Origin: the human T2T-CHM13v2.0 reference genome, Homo sapiens
Assembly: GCF_009914755.1 (NCBI RefSeq)
Contig: NC_060937.1
Length of the DNA stretch: 64,000 bases
Strand: one strand, 5' to 3'
Below the pieces are notes generated by a model. It was not told the origin of the DNA, did no database searches, and saw only the letters and a list, made by a program, of their open reading frames with translations. A program made the position numbers and the translations under genes. Below are positions 52,394-64,000 of this stretch, piece by piece. The stretch's first letter is position 1. Each line of letters starts with the position of its first letter.

Positions 52394-53706
52394 TAGTACT
52401 TATTACTATGATATTTTTAATATAGAAGTTGACTCTTGTCTGTTACATAGTTCCTGGTGGGCACTCCTGGGCTCTCGTCTGTCCTCAAGGTCTTTCAGGG
52501 ACCTGGATTCCTCCCTAGGGCAGTACGTCTCTGTCTTTGGTAAAACACTGCTTTTAAAAATCTTCAAAGCATCATGAACCCCTATTTTGTAAATTTCATA
52601 AAGACAGATGCATTATTAGAAAGATGAAATTAAAAAGCAGATACACAATTTTGCTCTGCAGTCATCAGTCAATAAAGAGTCAGCAGTGAAATCCCGGTTC
52701 TTGTACCAACGCCTACCTGCGCACTTTGAACAGATACCATTTACAGTAGTGTTTACAGTTAACGTGGCAACTGTTTCCTTCTTGTTAAATTTCTCTCATC
52801 TACGTTGGATGGACCACAGTATATTCATTTGTTCTCCGGCTTTGGAGTTCTCTAGGAAAATCAAGAGGTTTTCTTAGCTCCATGGCCATCCAGGGGTGAG
52901 GGGCTCCTCACAGGGGCACAGACGGGACTCAGGGAAGATGGCGCCGCCCCCCACCTCCCACCCCCGTGAAGGTGCTCCTTCCCTTGGGAGTTCCATCAGG
53001 TGTCCTGGAGCTGGCTGTGAGCAACAGACCCTGCCCCAAGAAGACCTGGGAATGGTCAGCACAGTGCATCAATTAAATCAATTCCGAGACTGCTCCATAC
53101 ACACAGGGCTGAAATGTTACTTTCCATATGATTTATCTTCCCAAATTATGTTCAGTCACAGTATCCGTGAAAGCCGTGGGAGAGTCTACAGCGATAGTAG
53201 GCTACTAGTAAGACACAAAAGGATACTCAGATAACAAAATGCCAACCACCCGAGACCCCCACATTAAACCACACACTTTTCCCATTATCAGATTTGCAGC
53301 AAAAGCTTTAAGTGCACCTATTGACTTTAGCTGTTCTATTATCATCACAATCCACTGTCTTTGAGAATAAATCAAATGAATTAATTGATACGCATTTGAA
53401 AATGAATCTACATTCCCTTTTACATGGCTACTTTTTCATGACATATAGGATATCTTCGCCACATTGCTTTCCATTTTAAAAGATCTAAGAGTTCCTCAAA
53501 GTAAGTACTTTTCTGAGAGTCCTTAATTTGGAAGAACTCTGCTTTCTCTGAGTCGCTAGGGGAGAAGTTAACAGATGCTGGAAGATGACATCAGCATTTA
53601 ATTGCAAATAAATTCTGTTCTCTGGCAGCCTGGCTATTGTGCTCACATTTCAAAATTGTTTTAGTTCTTACATTTTTACCATGTTTACTAAATCTGGATG
53701 GATTAT

Positions 53707-54030
<324 letters not shown>

Positions 54031-55652
54031 CTAAAAGATACTCATATGTTTAGAGGTGAGAATCGGGGATCTTCAATGGACTAGAGGATTGCCTTTCTTC
54101 TTAGACCACAGAAGCAGCTCAGGAATATGGTCACCTGGTGCCTAGCAGGGTAAGCCCAGGACAGGAGCTCATATTTAAGTGCGAGAAATGGAGTGTATGC
54201 AGGGAGAAAATGGAAACTAGAATTTTAAGGATGCTTTGGGGAATATGGAATCCTTGGTGAAAAGGTGCCACTATACAGCTTTCCTGGCTGGTGAAAGGAA
54301 TGAACAACATGGTTCTTATTTGTGTAAACTCAGTCTTAGAAAATTTCAATTCATTACACACAAAAATATTTATGAAACAGTTTGGGACCAAAGGGGTAGT
54401 ATGGTAGACGAGTGTCTTACAGAGCCTGTGTGGGGAAGCAAAAGGCAAGGGTGTAGTTCACAGGCAGAAGCGAGCTGTGACATCGTCAGTGCAGCGTGTA
54501 AGTGTGGCTCCTCACAGGCGGCCATTGATCGTGAGACCTCATCTTACTCTGAAGATTTCCCGGTGGCTGTCACGCATTGCTTCTCAAAAGCCTTGCACTG
54601 TGATAAGGTTTAAGGAGACAGATTGTTGCAACAATAGCCACTTCTAAGGAATGTTATTATGTCACTGCAGATGATGTTTTTAAGAGGTGATTCAGAATGA
54701 TAGTTTTGTGATTACGGAAAGGAGTTCCTTCTCAAACTGCAAAAGGAAAGATGAAAATAGTCATGAAGCCTCCAGAACTGAAATTGGGCACCCTTTATGA
54801 TGGATATTTACTTTAATTCAATGCAACACATATTTATGGGGCATAGACTGTATCAAATACTTAATAAAACCCATTCAGTTTGGAGCTCACACCTAAGCTG
54901 TGCTGTAATTGGATTTTCTTAATATTCATTAAAAACAGAAAAAAATGTATTTCACCTTTTTTTGGTATTTGCATTTGTTGCTTATAGTTTGTGGGGTGGA
55001 GCAGAGGGGTGTGAGGTTGAAGAAAGGCACTATGAATTAAGCCACACAAATGCCTCTAAAAAAAATAGTAAATATAACAATGGTTAACATTCATTGAATA
55101 CTTACTATGTGTCAGGCGCTGCTAGGAGATTTAGAAATAATTACTTAGTCCTCTTAACAGCCATATGGGGTAGGTAATATTATCTCCCCAGTAAGACAGC
55201 TTTAATTCATCCTTTTTGTTTCTATCCCTTTCCATCTCTGTCTGTCTGTCTCTCTCTCTCTTTTCCCCTAGTCTCTAGGACAGGGATATAAACTCTTTAG
55301 TGATTTTCAGTAATAGAAGAGCTAAGTACCGTTTAGTGTCATTGTCAGCTCACTTCTAATAGAAAGAGCTAACCCATGTCCACGCAGCTGAAAATTAGTT
55401 TTGTGTCTGAGATGATGGTGCTCACAATCATATACAGGGAACCCTGCCACTGTGCTATGCTGAGTAGGCAAACATTGGCCTTCCCTTGGAGGGATCCTCT
55501 TCTCTTAGGATTAATGTGGGAAGTACAGACAGAAATCTCTTCTGTTGTCATGGCGATACTACTTCCCTGATAGGATTTCAGCCATTCCAAGCGTGTTTGT
55601 TTCATTTGTTTTTTTTTCCTACCTTAAGCCCAGTCTAGGTGAGTTCTGGGTG

Positions 55653-55653
<1 letters not shown>

Positions 55654-55704
<51 letters not shown>
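55654..55704. repeat. (TG)n microsatellite
   Basis: About 25 TG units. Confidence 0.95.
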
Positions 55705-56725
<1,021 letters not shown>

Positions 56726-58759
56726 GTATGAGTTGTCCCTTGCCTCCATGCAATTCTGAACTTCAGAAATAAGCACCTGGCTCCTTTAAAAGCTGTCCAT
56801 CGTATGTTGTGTCTACAGCCACTGAATCCTGTCCTACATTTTCTGATTCATTAACTCATTCAACCAATAGCTATTGAACACCATCAATAAGTCAGCCACC
56901 ATGAAGATGAGTATTTTATATTGAATTCTACTAACATATCCTGTATGTTTACTATGGTGCCAGAGAGGATGCTGTGTGCTTTTTTTACATTGTTATCTTT
57001 ACTGTTCACAAGAACCATGTAAGGTAGGTGTTGGTAAAATGGGTAATTTTGGAAATTCTTCAATGATTGAATAGAATAACTTTCCGCTCTCTGTGAGAAG
57101 ATATGTTTTAAATAAGATACAACCCAGGGTCTTGGTTACTTGAGACATATTATACTTTCTCAGATACCGTCAGACCTGAATCATTTAATAAACTAAAGCA
57201 GAAATACTAAAAATATCTGGTTCAATAGCATAGGGGCATGGAGTAGACATGCAGAAAATGCTTGTTCACTTGCCTTGAAATGGCTCCAGGTGGCCTGAAG
57301 GAATCAATGAACCTTCTCAAATATCTACATTACAACCACTGGTCCCCACTACACATTTATTTCTAAATAAAGGAGGAGAAACTGTAGCAAAATAATATTT
57401 AATATTTTTATAGCTTCCAGGATGAATTTTACTGAACATGGAGGATCTGATAGTGGTAGGTGTATCAGGAATATCAGGGAAAATGCTTTTGATGTTGTTG
57501 GCAAAGTCAATTCCTATCATTTGTACTTGACACCAGCTACCTAGCAGGCTCATTGTGAACTTCAGGTTTCGCCCACGTTATTTATATAAAGTATCTCAGT
57601 GTAATATAGGGAGTTGCTGGTTATTTGAAAATAGTAACAAAGATAACCCAAACGAGAAACTCCATTTCCATAATTAGTTTTCCTGAAAGTCAGGCATGTC
57701 TTCGAGGACAGGTTTTGGCAGTATTATTTTTGTGCACAGGAGGAAAATTGTTAGTAGGTTTATAGATATTATTTTTATAATAGAATGTTAAACCCCTGAA
57801 AACATCAGAATTTATCTCCTAGAACTAATTCTATGTTTTAAAAACTTGTTTTAAAAAGGGATTCTAAATAGCAATAGGGTCTTTCCTCCTTTCTCCACTC
57901 CAATGGTTTAATGGGATAGAGGAATCAATGTTTATATTTTTAAACCTGTAAATATTTTATTTTGGGTATTTTGTATATTTGTTGATATAATTCCATTTTG
58001 TGCATATGTACCATTGTGCATGTTGCTGTTTTTGATAGTCACTCTTTTAATGAATGTAAGAAGCTTGGGCTAATAGCACTTTTCTTGTTCCATTCAAACA
58101 TCTGAAAATGAAACTACAACACTGCCATTTTACCGTTGTGTTTAATTCAGTCAATAAATTTTGTTGCTCCTTTGCATTTAAAGTGAATTCTGTTGGTTGT
58201 TATTTCTCCAGGATCAATTTTATTTCCGGTCTTTTCAATTTTTATAAATTATACTAATGATGGTGATGATGAGGAGGTGATGTGTGTGTGACTGTCTCGT
58301 GGAAAGACCAATGGGAGGCCCATATTTCTCTCCACACTTTGTAAACAAGTGAAAAATTCCTTGTTTGGTTTGGGCAGCTGTCTTTTGAAAAGCTCATTTG
58401 TTATTCTGACTCTGATCTGAATTCTGAGGCTTTTACTCAGAAAATCTCCATTCCTTATCATCTCTCATGAGGCCGGCTAATCCGTGCTGACTGTCGGGTA
58501 GCGGCAACATTAGGGCCACTGGAGTCTTTCTAAAGAGTTGCTTTCTGGTTTTTGTTTATTTTGTTTTTGGTGGTATGTTTTCATTTTCTATGTGTAACAG
58601 GTAGGGAAGCCTCTCAAGGAAAGGAGGCCAGAAACCATCAGATGTAGCTACTGATCCCTGGAGGCCGACAGCTTTCCATTCCGCGGTCCAAGAATGGGCT
58701 GAGAACCACAAGGGGAGGTGGACGCATCCACAGCAAGGGGGGAAGGACTGTTTCCTAGA

Positions 58760-59680
<921 letters not shown>

Positions 59681-60093
59681 GATCTTACAAACAAAAATGA
59701 AGGTGCCTTTTTCTATTGCTAAATGCGCTGGTCTGAAATGCAATGAAAGGACAAGGGTGACATTCAAGGGAAGATTAAAGAAAGACTCCTAACTATTCCA
59801 GAGGCAAACTCTATGTGGCTGAGTTAGAGTCATAGAAAGATCCTCTTGACAAAATGCGAAAAAAGAACAAACAAACAAAAGGCCTAAAGATTGTGTGGAC
59901 CATGTCTATTCCTTTAGCAAATTGAGAACAAGACAAGATTTCTGGCATTGGATACAAGATCCTAAATACAACTGTGAAGAAATTAGTTACAGTTTTAGGG
60001 AAGTTGTACTGTCAAAAAAAGTCCCTAGCCTGTTGTACAGAGACCTGTGACCGTCCAGCATTATGGTAGACCCTAAACCAAGCCCCAACATTG

Positions 60094-60219
60094 AAGTGCC
60101 AGGATCAAAGCCATTCACTAGCATCTCCTCAAACACCTGCCTGCCATCACCACCACAAGTGCCAGGATCAAAGCCATTCACTAGCATCTCCTCAAACACC
60201 TGCCTGCCATCACCACCAC
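60094..60219. repeat. Perfect 63-bp tandem duplication
   Basis: Identical copies at 60094-60156 and 60157-60219, followed by aag microhomology. Confidence 0.97.
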
Positions 60220-60737
60220 AAGCACCAGTAGGAAATCCTCCCTTGGTGCCTTTTCTGAAGGTGGTTCCAACAATTTATTCTACATCCAGAGAAGTGAGGC
60301 AACAAAGAGAATGCTCATGAGACCCATTGTTTCTATCATTCATCCTGCTAAGCTTGCTCAGCGAGATATGCTATTATATAATCTGTACCAGTTATCAATG
60401 TAGGCACTTCTTTCCCCGTTTTTGGTTTGATTTTTATTCCATTTCACTGTATCGGGTAGGCAGGAGAAGCTACTTTTATCATTTATGCCATAATCTGCAG
60501 AATGGTGAGAAGTCACAAACCTGATCAAATCCAAGCTAATGGAGGAATTGACACTACCTAGAAAACCTGAACTCAGAGGGGCTAAATTGTGTCACTTCAC
60601 AGTACAGAACCTGTATGTGATTTTGGATTGTTACCCACTGGGGAGAAGGTGAGCACATTTGGAATTGCACAGAAGGTGGCTGGATTAGGATTAAGTAGGA
60701 GCATTTTTACAATTAAATGTGTGAGAAGATGTGATAG

Positions 60738-60769
<32 letters not shown>

Positions 60770-61509
60770 TAGGTAGCCAAGAGGTTACTCCATCTTCACA
60801 TAAGACATTAATACAATAGAGGAAAAATATGTCTGACCATCCTTCCCACAGCCACACCCCGGACTCATCTTCCGAAATCGCTGCGAATCTATGGGATCAG
60901 CGCCGGAGCCTCTCCCAGCAGATCGCAGATCGCTTGCTCAGTCAGCCCTCACCGCTGCTCCTTCAACTCCCGGACCTGCCGTGCTGACCCCTTTACTTTC
61001 TCCAACCCACTGGATCCTCTTTCTTCTAAGATCCCTCCCGTTTTTAAAAGCCTCTCCCTGCCCGAGCCCATGCGCCTTCTGGCAGCTGGTCTACCCTCTT
61101 CCAACCCTTAAGCAGGCCCGGAGCCTGGCTCCACTCCTTCCCCTCTGGCTGGCTGCTTCCTCAGCCAGGCTCATCTACACCACAGCAGTTCAGGCACAGG
61201 GCACAGGTGATGCCTGACTATGAAATCCAATGGCATGTTTTAGCCTTCAAATTACTGCAACATACTTAACCTTTCAGCAGCATTTGAGACTATACCTCAC
61301 CCTCCTTCACAGCCTCTCCTCCTCCGAGCTCTGGGCTGCCGCCTCTGTGTTTCCCTGTTGCCTGCTCCCCTCGCCTCTCTCCTCTCTCCCCTCCTTGGCC
61401 ACTGTTATTATGAACTCACACAGTTCTTCCAGGCTGGGCACGTGGCCTCTTCTGCTCTTACCCCTAACTCTCTCCAGGTGATGTCACCCAGGCTTACAGC
61501 TGCATCACC

Positions 61510-61930
61510 ATCTGCTAGAGGTAGAATTGTGTCCCCCAAAAGACATTGAAGTCCTAGCCCGCAGTACCTATCCATGTGGCCCATTTAGAAAAAAGGTATC
61601 TGCAGAGGATGCAGGTAAGCTTTAGGTGATTGGGGTGGGGCATAATCCAGGGTCCTTACAGAGCAGGGAAATTTGGATGCAGAGGCAGAACCACACAGAG
61701 GAAGACGACATAATGACCCAGGGAGAAGGTGGCCACCTAGAAGCCCAGGAGTGCCCAAGGCTGCCGGAAGTGAGGATGGAGGCCTGGAGCAGGCCCCTCA
61801 CAGCCCTAGGAGAAGCCTGATGACACCTCGCCCGCAGGCTTTCTGCCTCCGGAGCCATGAAGGAGAAGGCATCTGTTGCTCAAGCCGCTGTGCTGTGGTC
61901 CTTTGTTACAGCAACCACAGGAAAGGAACC
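61510..61930 (+). mobile_element. MLT1 LTR inside L2 remnants
   Basis: 'aattgtgtcccccaaaagacattgaagtccta...ctttgttacagcaaccacaggaaa'. Confidence 0.75.
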
Positions 61931-62019
61931 CACCACCAAGTCCTGAATTCACACCAATAACCCAGGGCTCTCCCACAGGCTGCAGATCCACAATTGTAAC
62001 TGGCTGCCTCACATCTTCA

Positions 62020-62454
<435 letters not shown>

Positions 62455-62620
62455 TCATTTTCCTACATACTGGAAACAGGGTGGTCATTCCTAAAACCTC
62501 TGAGTCTGTCCCCACTACCGCCTAACTTCCTAGCCAAATCCAAGCCTTGAGAAACTCCGCTGGAACTGCCTGCTATTTCCCAACTGTGCCGACAACTTCA
62601 TGGGTAAAAGATGCCATTGT

Positions 62621-63023
<403 letters not shown>

Positions 63024-63229
63024 TCATCCCTTCATTCTTCCCGGCTCGCCACAGCTCAGCTACCTGGGCTTTCACTTCCTAAACACAAAACCTCTTCCTT
63101 CCCCAGCAGGGCTTCTGCATGTCCAGCCACCTCACCTAGAATCCTCCTGGGGCCTCCTCTCCACCACTGCCCCCTGGTTTCTGTGGCTAGGTGGTTTTCG
63201 GGTAAAAGTTAATATTGTTTTTTGGTTTT

Positions 63230-63510
63230 TTTTTTCTTTTGGATTCAGGAGCTACGTGAGTGGTTTGTTACAAGGATTTATTGCATGACAGTGAGGTTTG
63301 GGCTTCAACTGATCCCATCACCCAGATAGTGAACACAGTGCCCAATAGGTAAGTTTTCAACCCTCTCCCTTCCTCCTGCCTTTTGGAATCCCCAGTGTCT
63401 ATTTTCCCATCTTTATGTCCCTGTGCACCCAATGCTTGCCTCCCACTTATAAGTGAAAACATGTGGTATTTGGATTTCTATTTTTGCATTAATTCACTTA
63501 GGGTAATTGG
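63230..63510 (-). mobile_element. L1P 3' end fragment
   Basis: 'gatcccatcacccagatagtgaacacagtgcccaataggt...cccacttataagtgaaaacatgtggtatttgg'. Confidence 0.8.
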
Positions 63511-63591
63511 CGTGGCTAGGTTTTTTGTACAATTCAGTTCTCAGCTTAAATGTCACATTCCAGAACATGCTTCCTAGCCCATGCTGTCTAG

Positions 63592-64000
<409 letters not shown>

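Noticed and set aside
58134-58529. 396-nt AG/GT-bounded minus-strand exon candidate
   Set aside because: Seven stops in 132 codons, about what random sequence gives

Overview
Primate (most likely human) intergenic, repeat-dense DNA with about 40 Alus, several L1s, L2, MaLR/ERV LTRs, a deleted class I provirus and DNA-transposon remnants. I found no intact multi-exon protein-coding gene. Two processed insertions stand out. (1) An RPL34 retrocopy (- strand, ~17.2-17.7 kb) with an uninterrupted reading frame and an AluY stacked on the same L1 endonuclease site. (2) A ~3.07-kb chimeric retrocopy (46078-49145, + strand) bounded by a 15-bp target-site duplication (TSD). In order it holds a GC-rich leader, one LSP1 exon spliced in frame to STRN exons 2-4, an unassigned segment, a CpG-rich degenerate repeat, an antisense LAVA-like module (SVA-type VNTR + Alu left arm + L1 piece) and a HERV-H LTR7 that supplied the polyA site. 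From memory only, this RPL34/LSP1 pseudogene pair fits human 13q12.13 (RPL34P27/LSP1P1); I did not verify this. Smaller signals are a near-perfect 22-bp-stem hairpin, a 63-bp inverted repeat pair, a short L1 3' transduction, templated-insertion scars, a perfect 63-bp tandem duplication and weak hints of a decayed minus-strand gene. All family and subfamily assignments were made by eye from recalled consensus sequences, not by database search.
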